64,000 bases of DNA from Octopus vulgaris (Eukaryota), in the NCBI GenBank assembly GCA_951406725.2, contig OX597824.1, positions 80,600,001 to 80,664,000 of the forward strand. Direction: 5' to 3'. Below are positions 1 through 11,482 of this stretch, one piece after another (within the stretch, counting starts at the first letter, position 1; each line of letters begins with the position of its first letter). The position numbers and the translations under genes were made by a program. The notes beneath the pieces were generated by a model that searched no databases, was not told the origin of the DNA, and was given only the letters and a program-made list of their open reading frames with translations.

Positions 1-471
1 CATCATCATCATCTTCTTCTTCTTCACCTTCTTCTTCTTCTCCTCCTCCTCATTCTCCTTCTTCTTCTTCTTCTTCTTCTTCTTCTCCTCCTCATTCTCC
101 TTCTTCTCCTTCTTCCTCTTCTTCTTCTTCTTCTCCTTCTTCTCCTCCTTCTTCTTCTCCTCCTCATTCTCCTTCTTCTTCTTTTTCTTCTTCTTTTTCT
201 TCCTCTTCTTTTTCTTCTTCTTCTTCTTCTTCTTCTTCTTCTTCTTCTTCTTCTTCTGCGTTGTCGTCCGTAGTCGTAGTGTCTTCATCGTTATGATCTT
301 CATTCTCAAACCCCCCACAGCTGTCGTCGGCACCAGCGGCAGCAGCATCAGAAGCACCAGCAGCAGAACCAGTAGCAGCACCACCACCACTGACATCACC
401 ACTGCCAGCACCACCACAATCCCAGCCACCAACATCACCAACATCACCGCCACTACCGCCATCATACAAAT

Positions 472-503
<32 letters not shown>

Positions 504-540
504 GCAGCACCACAACCACCACCACCACCACCACCACCAG
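1..540. repeat. Compound trinucleotide low-complexity tract (CTT/CCT, then CAG/CAC/CAT)
   Basis: Visible runs of ttc/tcc, cagcagcag and caccaccac. The Glu/Gly/Ala ORFs here are by-products of the repeats. Confidence 0.9.
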
Positions 541-661
541 TAAAAGTACATTTACTATGAAGATCAAAAAGCAAGTACAGTACTACAGCTGAGTGAAGGA
601 ATTTCGCTTTACACCTGCCGACCAATGCATCTTAATTTCTTAATATTTACATTACACTAAA

Positions 662-1534
662 GCAGCGAGCTGGCAGAATCGTTAGCACGCCGGGCAAAAT
701 GCTTAGCGGTATTTTGTCGTTACGTTCTGAGTTCAAATTCCGCCGAGGTCGACTTTGCCTTTCATCCTTTCAGGGTTGAGAAATTAAGTACCAGTTACGA
801 ACTGGGATCAATGTTTGTCTGTCCTTGTTTCTCCTCTCTGTTTAGCCCCTTGTGGGTAATAAAGAAATAGGTATTTCATCTGCTGTTACGTTCTGAGTTC
901 AAATTCCGCCGAGGTCGACTTTGCCTTTCGTCCTTTCAGGGTTCAGAAATTAAGTACCAGTTACGAACTGGGATCAATGTTTGTCTGTCCTTGTTTCTCC
1001 TCTCTGTTTAGCTCCTTGTGGGTAATAAAGAAATAGGTATTTCATCAGCCGTTACGTTCTGAGTTCAAATTCCGCCGAGGTCGACTTTGCCTTTCATCCT
1101 TTCGGGGTCGAGAAATAAGTACCAGTTACGAACTGGGGTCAATGTTTGTCTGTCCTTGTTTCTCCTCTCTGTTTAGCTCCTTGTGGGTAATAAAGAAATA
1201 GGTATTTCATCTGCTGTTACGTTCTGAGTTCAAATTCCGCCGAGGTCGACTTTGCCTTTCATCCTTTCGGGGTCGAGAAATAAGTACCAGTTACGAACTG
1301 GGGTCAATGTTTGTCTGTCCTTGTTTGTCCTCTCTGTTTAGCCCCTTGCGGGTAATAAAGAAATAGGTATTTCATCTGCCGTTACGTTCTGAGTTCAAAT
1401 TCCGCTGAGGTTGACTTTACTTTCATCCTTTCGAGGTCGATTAAATAAGTAACAGCTACGCACTGGTTTCGATCTAATCGACTGCCCCCACCCCGCCCAA
1501 GTCTCGGGCCTTATGCCAAGAGTAGAAAAGAATA
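662..1534 (+). mobile_element. SINE family A (tRNA-derived), head-to-tail multimer of about 5 units
   Basis: Head gcgagctggcagaatcgttagc (A-box-like) and gagttcaaattcc (B-box-like), core gcctttcatcctttcggggtcga..taagtaccag. Units restart at ggtatttc at about 870, 1036, 1201 and 1366 (period about 165 bp). Confidence 0.9.
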
Positions 1535-1550
1535 TTGCCTTTCAAAAAAA

Positions 1551-1942
1551 GGAGGCGAGCTGGTAGAAACCTGGCCACGTCGGGTGAAACGCCTTGCGGT
1601 ATTTCGTCTCTCTTTACGTTCTGAGTTCAAATTCTGCCGAGAGTCGATAAATTGAGTACCAGTTGCGTACTGGGGTCGATCTAATCGACTGGCCCTCTCC
1701 CCTCAAATTTCGGGCCTTATGCCTAGAGTAGAAAAGAATATTGCCTTTCAAAAAAAGGAGGCGAGCTGGTAGAAACCTGGCCACGTCGGGTGAAACGCCT
1801 TGCGGTATTTCGTCTCTCTTTACGTTCTGAGTTCAAATTCCGCCGAGAGCCGATAAATTAAGTACCTGTTGCGTACTGGGGTCGATCTAATCGACTGGCC
1901 CTCTCCCCACAAATTTCGGGCCTTGTGCCTGGAGTAGAAAAG
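1551..1942 (+). mobile_element. SINE family A, tandem dimer (about 206-bp period) with the alternative 3' tail
   Basis: Two near-identical copies starting ggaggcgagctggtagaaacc at 1551 and 1757, with tail tttcgggccttg/atgcct.gagtagaaaag. Confidence 0.85.
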
Positions 1943-2390
1943 AAAATTCACGTCACTCTTCATAGGCGACTTTTTTTCTCCTTTTTTCTCTAACGTAGCA
2001 TAGATCAAATATGAAACTATCCGTGATGGATTATTCCCGAAAAAAATATAAAGCAACCACATCGAAGGGATATTATCTAAAATGATTTCTGCAGAAATCA
2101 AAACAAATACTAAAGGATATGTTAGAGATGAGCTTCTTCTTCGATAGTAAAAGTACTTTTGCCTCTAAAGAGCTCTATAACATAAGGACGAGAACTCGCC
2201 TTTGTCATTAAGAAAAGAAAATGAAAGACATTGATACTTTTTAATACGAAATATTTTAATCTAGTGACTTATATGGAATTCTGTAAGCGCGTAACTCTCG
2301 TAGGGAAAAAGAAAATTATATTGAAAAAATTAAGAATACTTAAGTCGTTCATGTTCTCTGAAAAAATAACCTGTATATATAAGAAATATT

Positions 2391-2677
2391 TTATTTATAT
2401 ATTTATGCGCCCTTTTCAAGACTAGCCAGGGTCATGGGCCCGGTTTCCCCAGGGTATGTGTTCAGCCCAGCTGGACGGGACGCCAGTCCATCGCAGAAAG
2501 TGAGAGAAAGTTGTGGCGAAAGAGTACAACAGGGGTCGCCACCACCCCTTGCCGGAGCCTCGCGGAGCTTTTAGGTGTTTTCGCTCAATAAACACACACA
2601 ACGCCCGGTCTGAGAATCGAAACCGCGATCCTCCGACCGCGAGTCCGCTGCCCTAGCCACTGGGCCATTGCGTCTCC
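2391..2677 (-). mobile_element. SINE family C (tRNA-like head), tail type 1
   Basis: Reverse complement reads ggagacgcaatggcccagtggctagggcagcggactcgcggtc...ggtttcgattc; tail tgcgatggactggcgtcccgtccag...ttgaaaagggcgcataaa. Imperfect TSD tatataag[a/t]aata. Confidence 0.85.
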
Positions 2678-2749
2678 TATATAAGTAATACTTCTCATTA
2701 AATATAAAGAAATAGATAAGGAAAAAAATCACAAAAAAAAAATAATTCG

Positions 2750-3428
2750 GAAACATTTATGCAAACTTATGACGTTTATACCGAAGCTATAGAAATACAT
2801 TCTTCCACTGCTCTAGGGAACAATTCAGAAGATTTTTACTCCACTCTAAACGTTTTGCAACATTTGTTTTTGAAAGTAGTGGTTTTCTAATTGCAGCCCT
2901 CCCGTGAAATCCGACTTTGTGCAGCTCCCTGAGAACATTTTTGTGGAAACTGTGTTCTCGAGGTTGTAATTAAGCTCTGCAGTAATTTTGGGAGCTGCAT
3001 TTTTGTGATCTATTCTAACAATTCGCGTAAAGAATGCGACGGTCCCTATCTGAAAGTTTTGGTTTTCTTCCGGAGTTTTGTTTCGACGAGTATATTTTTC
3101 TCACTTTCTCAAAGGCTCTCATTACTTCCAAGACTACTTCTTGATACATCAAACATTTCAGCTGTTTTCGTTACGCTAGCGCCTGCCATATGAGCACCAA
3201 CACTTTGACCTCATTGAAAGTTCGACAGATCTGTAATCTTAATGAATTTTAATTACCTTTTCTGGATGATAACCAAAAAGAATCAGTAATTTTAGCAAAA
3301 CATATTAAACAACACTAATAATAAATCAGAAGACATAAAAATAAACAAGCCTTTGATGGTTTTATAGATATTTCAAAATTATGATGCTATGATGCTAGGT
3401 GTTTCCATTATTTTGTCCAGCCCCCACC
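2750..3428 (-). mobile_element. Tc1-like DNA transposon remnant (one TIR plus frameshifted transposase N-terminus)
   Basis: Minus-strand translation across frameshifts gives TDLSNFQ*GQSVGAHMAGASVTKTAEMFDVSR...QNSGRKPKLSDRDRR...RELHKVGFHGRAAIRKPLLSKTNVAKRLEWSKNL..SLEQWKNV, typical of the Tc1 HTH region. TIR-like ggggctggacaaaataatggaaacacc lies near 3400-3425. Confidence 0.85.
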
Positions 3429-3431
3429 TCC

Positions 3432-3472
<41 letters not shown>

Positions 3473-3473
<1 letters not shown>

Positions 3474-3514
3474 GAACTGACGATGAGCAATACACTCAGA
3501 AACATATGTCTTCA
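3473..3514 (+). ncRNA. Minimal type-I hammerhead ribozyme motif (canonical core)
   Basis: TGAA-CTGACGA-TGAG(caataca)CTCA-GAAA-CATATG-TC-TTCA. Helix I TGAA/TTCA, helix II TGAG/CTCA, palindromic helix III, GUC cleavage triplet ending at 3510. Confidence 0.8.
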
Positions 3515-3676
3515 GGTGCCTTGTCCCGGCTTGCGGGGGTGATTGCTTCCCCTTTGCAAATATAAGGACACAGAAAATGTGACAAAGCCGACAGGAGACG
3601 TCGATGTTTCCTATGGCTAAATGGCGGTGGTGAAATTCCCTTACGGGACTGTCACATTGAGTTGACAGTAAACGAC

Positions 3677-3680
<4 letters not shown>
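3473..3680 (+). mobile_element. Short (TA)n-flanked hammerhead-bearing element (Penelope-like pLTR/retrozyme-like)
   Basis: About 200 bp bounded by (TA)n on both sides. The 3' part (aaatataaggacacag..ccgacagga..ggctaaat..gttgacagta..accac) is homologous to 11781-11912. Confidence 0.65.
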
Positions 3681-3736
<56 letters not shown>

Positions 3737-3836
3737 TATATTAAATTAGAGACAAAACCACTATTATGCAAATCAAACAAAAAAAGACTTAAGCCAATAC
3801 ATAAAATAATTTATATAAATTAAATTTAATTAAAAT

Positions 3837-3890
3837 AACCACTACGATCGTTTCGTGTCAGCACTTCTATGAGACATTCTTCAGGTGGTT
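3837..3890 (-). ncRNA. Mirror copy of the same hammerhead motif in the left inverted arm
   Basis: Reverse complement of 3939-3992. Confidence 0.8.
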
Positions 3891-3938
3891 TTAAACTATG
3901 AACTAAATTTAGTTTAAAACTTGCAAAGAAGGTTTTGA

Positions 3939-3992
3939 AACCACCTGAAGAATGTCTCATAGAAGTGCTGACACGAAACGATCGTAGTGGTT
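3939..3992 (+). ncRNA. Minimal type-I hammerhead ribozyme motif
   Basis: AACCAC-CTGAAGA-A.TGTC(tcatagaagtgct)GACA.C-GAAA-CGATCG-TA-GTGGTT. 6-bp helix I, palindromic helix III (ACGATCGT), GUA triplet. Confidence 0.8.
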
Positions 3993-4134
3993 ATTTTAAT
4001 TAAATTTAATTTATATAAATTATTTTATGTATTGGCTTAAGTCTTTCTTTGTTTGATTTGCATAATAGTGGTTTTATCTCTAATTTAATCTGATTTTTCC
4101 CTGTAAATTTGGATTTATTCCCTAATATTTATTA

Positions 4135-4195
<61 letters not shown>

Positions 4196-4199
<4 letters not shown>

Positions 4200-4515
4200 T
4201 TAGATATGTTTCGACCAAAGATTGGTCCAGGCCATGTCTAACTTAATAGCACCACCTGATAGGATTATCTAAATCCTGTTTAAGTCAAGTTTTGTTTATG
4301 GTCCATTCAAGTAGTGAGTTTTTGTTGGGTGAGTTGTATCCAATTATGGGTGGCTTATCTGGTATTCCTTGAAGGAATCTATCCTGACTCCGTTGATGGG
4401 ATCCTTTTCCTCTTTGATCTTATTCGGGACAATGTTAAATAAGGCAGGGCCTGTTGAGGAAAAGAAATTATGTTGCAGTGTACATGTATGCTGTGATCTT
4501 GAATTGGTCCCAGTC
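4196..4515 (-). mobile_element. CR1/L2-group LINE 3' end (ORF2 C-terminus plus 3' tail)
   Basis: Minus-strand translation [55 protein letters not shown], followed by 3' stem-loop gacca-atctt-tggtc. A related end lies at 17286-17432. Confidence 0.7.
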
Positions 4516-5313
4516 TATATATATATATGCATAAACACACATTAGATAAATAATACATATTGATTATATAAATTTTCAGTTTGAATTCAAAATACGGTTT
4601 TAAATTCACTGTTAATACGAAAGCTTTAAAACAATGGAAACTGTAAAGTGATTTATTTTTATATATTTTGACAATTTACTTAAACAATTTATCTAAAACA
4701 ATTACCGAAATTCTTTTCTCACCAAATGTAACAGGTTTTAGAGAGTGAAAAATGACGATAGTCAAGTAAAGTCACTAAATAACATTTATCTTGGACCAGT
4801 CTTCTTTTTCTCTTTCTTCTTCTTCTTATAAGACAAGTAAAAAGAGATAGAAAATAAAATCGTCATGAAATCTACTTTAAAAATACAAACACCCTGGCTA
4901 ATGAACAAAACCGATGAATAATTAAATACATGAATCAATTAATTAATTTCTAAAAGCTGATAGGAAGAGAAACCCCTCTTCTGGTATGTTTGAATATTAG
5001 CATAATTGTCTATGTATAAAAGTGAAAGAATGGACTTCAATAATTTATTTTATTCTCATTAAGACACGAAAATTACCATTTTTGGCAAATAATTTACGAG
5101 AGTAAAACGTTAAACGGGAAATAATATTACCAAAGATAGTAAATGCTCGTAATTCAACAAGTGATACCAGTGTTGCCTATTTTCCTATAGATAATGAAAT
5201 GAAAGTTTATATAAAAACAAAACTTACGTTTGTTAATTGTCTAAATTGGTGGGGTTTTATTATTGGTTGTTAGATGTATATAAACACAACATGCCAGAAC
5301 TGTTGAGAAGCAG

Positions 5314-5551
5314 TGGCGGCGAGCTGGCAGAATCGCTAGTACGCCGGACGAAATGCTTAGCAGTACTTCGTCTGCCGCTACGTTCTGAGTTCAAATTCCG
5401 CCGAGGTCGACTTTGCCTTTCATCCTTTCGGGGTCGATTAAATAAGTACCAGTTACGCTCTGGGGTCGATATAATCGACTTATTCCGTTTGTCTGTCCCT
5501 GTTTGTCCTCTCTGTGTTTAGCCCCTTGTGGGCAGTAAAGAAATAGGTATT
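5314..5551 (+). mobile_element. SINE family A monomer
   Basis: Full head, core and tail matching the other copies. Confidence 0.9.
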
Positions 5552-5677
5552 GTGGTCAGCAGTTTATATATATATATAGTTAATCCAAACAAGAAAGCAC
5601 AAAAAAAACACAACAACGAGAGGACGTGGAACAAATATAGTATTATTGGACGCTCAGGAAAGAAGGAAAGAAGGAGG

Positions 5678-5712
5678 GTTTAACGTTTCGAGCGGAGCTC
5701 TTCGTCGGAAAC
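5678..5712 (-). ncRNA. Ultra-minimal hammerhead-like motif (variant CCGACGA core) in a (TA)n-flanked element spanning about 5578-5750
   Basis: Reverse complement reads GTTT-CCGACGA-A-GAGC(tcc)GCTC-GAAA-CG-TT-AAAC. Downstream ttcctgagcgtccaataatac resembles the 35033-35207 element. Confidence 0.6.
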
Positions 5713-5748
5713 ATAGGAGAAGGAAAGATCCAGAGAAGGGAAGACAGA

Positions 5749-5862
<114 letters not shown>

Positions 5863-6089
5863 GTTTGATTTGACTCCATCTGGGTCACGATTTAGTAAAC
5901 GTTATATTTTGGGAAACAAATCTTATAACCATCCACCGTACATAATTCACATTTAGAATTTCTGACATATGATTTAGCTTTACAAAAGCTATTCCATGTT
6001 AAGAAATATGTAAGTGTCTAAATTTACTCCCAGTATCCATGGGAGGGCACATATGAGGCTGGATTATTCTTACTAAATATATGTATGCA

Positions 6090-6581
6090 TGTATGGTCAT
6101 CCTAAGATTACGTATGAGTGATATCAGAATTCCTAAGCAACATCTCTTTGGCCAATGCCCAACAGGAATGACAGTTGGAAGGCCACTTGCGTGTTTCAAA
6201 GACAAGCTAAAAGGCAATCTGAAACGATGAAACGTCCCCTTTTCTTCCTGGCAAAACAAATCGTCAGAATGCAGTATTTGGTGCCAGTCCTTCTTCTTCT
6301 CAGTTCAAGGATTTGACCAAATTCGACTTCAGCATTGGGAACAACTTCGTGCAAGCTTGGAGGCACGCTGGCTGAACGTTGCTTCCCGAAACAGAAACCT
6401 TACCTGTCATTGCGGTTTTGTGGCGCGAAGCAAAGCAACCCTTACCGTCCATTCAAAAAAGCATATAATGAATGTTACACAAGCGCTCGAGCAAGCTGAG
6501 TCCTTAACTTGTACCCTTTGGCAAAAGGTTTGCAATGCATTAACAGGACTTAAGAGACACATTCATGTCCATGGAACATAA
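6090..6581 (+). mobile_element. RTE-clade (BovB-like) LINE ORF2 C-terminal remnant with C2H2-like fingers
   Basis: LRMSDIRIPKQHLFGQCPTGMTVGRPLACFKDKLKGNLKR*NVPFSSWQ...LTCHCGFVARSKATLTVHSKKH...CTLWQKVCNALTGLKRHIHVH. Confidence 0.75.
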
Positions 6582-6714
6582 CTACTTCTTTATTTTACTG
6601 AACCCTCATATATATTATTTAATAACAGCTTCATTTGGTTCCATGTAACTGCAAGTTTCGTGGACTCGTAAATCGGGCCTAACTCTTCAGGTAATGTTTA
6701 CACAGTTATATATT

Positions 6715-6890
6715 TAAGAGATGAGGAATTATGTACATTATTTACATTATTTACATTTGACGGATATTTATCCTCATCTTGTTTGTTGTTAACACAACGT
6801 TTCGGCTGATTACCCTGCATCCCTTCATCAGGATTCTTGGGGAAATTTCGAACCTGGGTTCTCATTCGTAAGGTATTTTTTCGACGTTAT
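6715..6890 (-). mobile_element. Penelope-like pLTR fragment with a degenerate hammerhead (6792-6835)
   Basis: Reverse complement reads ..CTGATGA-A-gggatgcagggtaatcagcc-GAAA-CG-TT-GTGT. Homologous to 22531-22756. Confidence 0.6.
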
Positions 6891-6895
6891 TGTTG

Positions 6896-6947
<52 letters not shown>

Positions 6948-7059
6948 CATCATTATTCAGATCACTGCCTGGAATCGAACTCGGAATCTCGGGGTTAGTA
7001 GGTAATGCTTATGAAAAAATAAAACTGGTGTATGCGTTGAGTATATATAGAGTTTTCTG

Positions 7060-8322
7060 GACTCCTGCACAGAATTAACTGCTGTATATGTTGAGTACAT
7101 ATAGAGTTAATATAGCGGTTAAAAATTTTTGGTATGCAAATTAGGGACTCCAGCATAGAATTAACTGCTGTATTTGATGATTTTGTAGAGTGGTTAAAAT
7201 TGTTCGGTATGCAAATTAGGGACTCCAGCATATAATTAACTGCTATATATGATGAGTTTATAGAGTGGTTAAAAATTTTCAGTATGCAAATTAGAGAATC
7301 CAGCATAGAATTAGCTGCTGTATTTGTTGAGGATATATAGAGATTATACAGCGGTTAAAATTTTTCGGTATGCAAATTAGGGACTCCAGCATAGAATTAA
7401 CTGCTCTATTCGTTGAGTTTATATAGCGGTTAAAAACTTTCTGTATGCAAATTAGGGACTCCAGCATAGAATTAACTGCTCTATTTGTTGAGTATAAAAA
7501 GCGGTTAAAAATTTACAGTATGCAAATTAGGGAATCCAGCATAAAATTAACTGCTGTATTTGATGAGTATATATAGAGTTAATATACCGGTTAAAAATGT
7601 TCGGTATGCAAATTAGGGAGTCCAGCATAGAATTAGCTGTTATATTTGTTGAGTATATATAGAGTTAATATACCGGTTAAAAATTTTTGGTATGCAAATT
7701 AGGGACTCCAGCATAGAATTAGCTGTTATATTTGTTGAGTATATATAGAGTTAATATACCGGTTAAAAATTTTTGGTATGCAAATTAGGGACTCCAGCAT
7801 AGAATTAGCTGTTATATTTGTTGAGTATATATAGAGTTAATATACCGGTTAAACATTTTTGGTATGCAAATTAGGGACTCCAGCATAGAATTAGCTGTTA
7901 TATTTGTTGAGTATATATAGAGTTAATATACCGGTTAAAAATTTTTGGTATGCAAATTAGGGACTCCAGCATAGAGTTAGCTGTTATATTTGTTGAGTAT
8001 ATATAGAGTTAATATACCGGTTAAAAATTTTTGGTATGCAAATTAGGGACTCCAGCATAGAATTAGCTGTTATATTTGTTGAGTATATATAGAGTTAATA
8101 TACCGGTTAAAAATTTTTGGTATGCAAATTAGGGACTCCAGTATAGAATTAACTGCTCTATTTGTTGAGTATAAAATGCGGTTAAAAATTTACAGTATGC
8201 AAATTAGGGAATCCAGCATAGAATTAACTGCTGTATTTGATGAGTATATATAGAGTTTATAGAGCGGTTAAAATTTTTCGGTATGCAAATTAGGGAGTCC
8301 AGCATAGAATTAACTGATGTTA
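7060..8322. repeat. Tandem satellite of 75- and 86-bp units, each with ATGCAAATTAG
   Basis: ATGCAAAT at 7134, 7209, 7284, 7370, 7445, 7520, 7606, 7692, 7778, 7864, 7950, 8036, 8122, 8197 and 8283. Confidence 0.95.
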
Positions 8323-8507
8323 TCCAAGAGAAAGGCAAATGTCGATACAGCTTTGCACCAGCGACGTTGCAAGTCAATTCTACAGCTGGAGTGAACTGGA
8401 GCAACGTAAAATAAAGTGTCTTGCTCAAAAACCCAACATAGCACGGTCTGGGAATCGAACTCACTACCTCATGATTGTGAGCCCGATGCTCTTACCACTG
8501 AGCCATA
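8315..8507 (-). mobile_element. SINE family D (tRNA head plus CORE-like segment)
   Basis: Reverse complement reads tggctcagtggtaagagcatcgggctcac..gagttcgattccc..ttgagcaagacacttta..ttgctccagttcactccagctg. Confidence 0.7.
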
Positions 8508-8872
8508 ATCGACCAAAAGTTTTTAGTTTCGGTTTGTTTTTTTGCTTTTGTCTTTTTTTAAAGAAATTGTATACTTTGAACCACATGATCGAATGTACAC
8601 GTTTTAGGATGGCAGAGTATGATGTTGTGAGGAAAATACCTACAGCTTGTAGCATATTCAACGACTATTCCAAGGTTGTGCATTTGGCCCAATTAACTGA
8701 CCTATGTAAGGGACTGAAAGTACTTAAAGATTATTTGCTAGCATGGTTGAAGTCCAAAAACTGAATCCTGTAAATTTACTATAAGAAATGTGTTTTTAGT
8801 TGTTGAACTACCATTTGAATATGAAGCTGTTGTTGTTGTTGCCTGAGGTGCGCCAAACATATCTTATTAATT

Positions 8873-9238
8873 TACTCTTTTACTCTTTTACTTGTTTCAG
8901 TCATTTGACTGCGGCCATGCTGGAGCACCACCTTTAATCGAGCAACTCGACCCCGGGACTTATTCTTTTTGTAAGCCAAGTACTTATTCTATCGGTCTCT
9001 TTTGCCGAACCGCTAAGTAATGGGGACATAAACACACCAGCATCGGTTGTCAAGCAATGCTAGGGGGAGAAACACAGACACACAAACACACACATACATA
9101 TATATATACATATATACGACAGGCTTCTTTCAGGTTCTGTCTACCAAATCCACTCACAAGGCATCGGTGGGCCCGGGGCTATAGCAGAAGACACTTGCCC
9201 AAGATGCCACGCAGTGGGACTGAACCCGGAACCATGTG
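8873..9238 (-). mobile_element. SINE family B, 5'-truncated
   Basis: Matches the other family B copies: ttgggcaagtgtcttct core, internal (TA)/(TG) tract, (AAAAGAGT)n tail. Confidence 0.9.
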
Positions 9239-9464
9239 ATACTTATGTTTATATTACCCAATGTATCTTCCATCTTTTGTTTTTTAGACTCTCATGTGTG
9301 ATTTCTTGGAGGTTTTGCTATTATTTCTAGTATTTCGAGCGACTGTGTAGTGGTTTGTCGCTAGTCCGTTAAGATCTTTATGTTCCGTGAAGAGGAAGGA
9401 GAAAATAGACAAAGAGAATGTGTCATTAAAGGAAGTTATAAGAACTTATTCAAAGTATACTCAA

Positions 9465-9741
9465 ATACACACACACAAACATGCACACATATATAAAATA
9501 TATCACATATGTACATAAATACATGCATACATGATACATATATACATATATGTGTGTGTGTGTATGTGCGTACATATATACGAAGAGGCATGTGTATATA
9601 TTTACATATATATATATATATATATATACGAATAAATCTATACAGAGGCACACACACACGTATACATATATGTATATATGAATATATATGTAATATCTAT
9701 AAATGTTCTCACACATACACGCACATACATACATACATACA

Positions 9742-9775
<34 letters not shown>

Positions 9776-9800
9776 CATATATGTATAGATATATGTATAT

Positions 9801-9848
<48 letters not shown>

Positions 9849-9849
9849 C

Positions 9850-9905
<56 letters not shown>

Positions 9906-10030
9906 TATTTGTTTGTATATGCATATATATGTGTGTGTGTATATGTATATATATATACGCATATGTGCATGTGTGTATGTGCATGTATGTGTGTGTGTGA
10001 GTGTGTATATGTGGGTGTATACATGTATGC
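9465..10030. repeat. Compound (TA)/(CA)/(TACA)n microsatellite field
   Basis: Direct inspection. Confidence 0.95.
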
Positions 10031-10727
10031 ATTCGTTTACATGACACGCAAGGTGGCATTTTACCTTTTTTTTAATTTTATTTTATTTTATTTTATTTTT
10101 TTTGTTTTTTTTTTTATTATATTTCCCCGTCTTTGGAACGAACAAAGATTAAAGAGATATTTAAGATAAGAATTATTGCTGATAAACGATGACAATATCA
10201 GCAGCAGCAACAACAACAACAACAACTAAAACAACGATATCGTCAACAACAACAACAACAACAACAACAGCAACAACCACGACAGTGCTAACACCGCAAC
10301 ACCAACCACCAACAACTACAACATATACTATACTACAAGAACACAACCGTCAACGACCACATACAGCAGAAACAAGTGCAATGACAATAATTACAACAAA
10401 GAGAATAAAATATCAGTTAATTTCCTCTCAGCATTCAAAATGATTTTTTTATTACCTTTTGATTATTTTTTTGTTGATTTTATCGTTGTTGTTGTTGTTG
10501 TTGTTGTTGTTTTTCTACGTTCTTTTTATGAGTTCAATTAGTTTTTTTTTTTTGTTGTTTTTTGTTTTTCATGCCTTTTCCTTCTATTTTGATAATGGCT
10601 GAATTCCGCTCACTGTTCTCTCTCTCTCTTTCTCGCTCTGTGTCTGTATGTCTATCTCTCTATCTCACTTTCTCTTTCTATCTCTCTCTCTCTCTCTTCT
10701 CTCTGCCTGTCTCTCTGTCTCTCTGTC

Positions 10728-10776
<49 letters not shown>

Positions 10777-11234
10777 TTAAGCCCAAATAAACAAGACAAA
10801 CATCAACAATGTTCGTCGTTCTGTAATTAGGGGAGAGTTTCTTTCATCCTGCAAGCTCGAAAGGCTTTTTTTCATTTTTTTTTATAAATACCAAAAAAAA
10901 AAAAAGAAAGAAAGAAAGACATGGAGTGGTCATAGCTGGAACGCCTTTGATCATAAATTTGCTTGGTCAGGATTAATCTGGTTTGAAATTTCAACAATAA
11001 CAATGAGGATTCCATATCGTTGCCACTCGGCCTGAAATAAATAGCAGCGATATATCCCTCAAATACGTTCCCATAAAAGTCTAAAAACATACTGTAGTAA
11101 TTTTGGATGTGCCCACTCTGAAAAAAAACAAAAAAACAGTGATGATCATGGTTGGAACGCCTTTAATCATATCTATTCGTTCAATATCAATGTAGGTGTG
11201 TTTATGTTTTCGCTCTCGGCCTATAGAAGCAGCA

Positions 11235-11428
11235 ACAAAATCTCCTTCAAAAAATACCTATTTCTTTACTACCCACAAGGGGTTACACACAGAGGGGACA
11301 AACAAGGACGGATTAAGTCGATTATATCGACCCCAGTGCGTAACTGGTACTTATTTAATCGATCCCAAGGGGATGAAAAGAAAAGTCTAGCACCCGGCGT
11401 GCTAACGTTTCTGCCAGCTCGCCGCCTT
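11235..11428 (-). mobile_element. SINE family A, internally deleted
   Basis: Tail, core and head present in reverse orientation; the B-box segment is missing. Confidence 0.8.
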
Positions 11429-11482
11429 AAATACGTTGGAATACTACTAGTACAAAGTGATGTTTTCTAGATGGTTTTCCAT

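Larger units (their letters stand above)
3740..4137. mobile_element. Foldback element with about 152-bp near-perfect inverted arms, each carrying a hammerhead, inserted in (TA)n
   Basis: 3740-3891 is the reverse complement of 3938-4089, with a spacer of about 46 bp. (TA)n on both flanks. Confidence 0.85.

Noticed and set aside
164-625. Gly/Ala/Asp/Glu-rich 153-aa ORF
   Set aside because: Built from trinucleotide repeats with no recognisable domain; the window edge prevents full exclusion.
4200-4250. Hairpin plus GAAAC resembling a hammerhead on the minus strand
   Set aside because: Lacks any CUGANGA-like box; better explained as a LINE 3' terminal stem-loop.
7060-8322. CRISPR-like regularly spaced repeat
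   Set aside because: The intervening sequences are homologous to each other rather than unique spacers; eukaryotic context and no cas genes.
9436-10169. Numerous [12 protein letters not shown] ORFs here and throughout the window
   Set aside because: Microsatellite translations.
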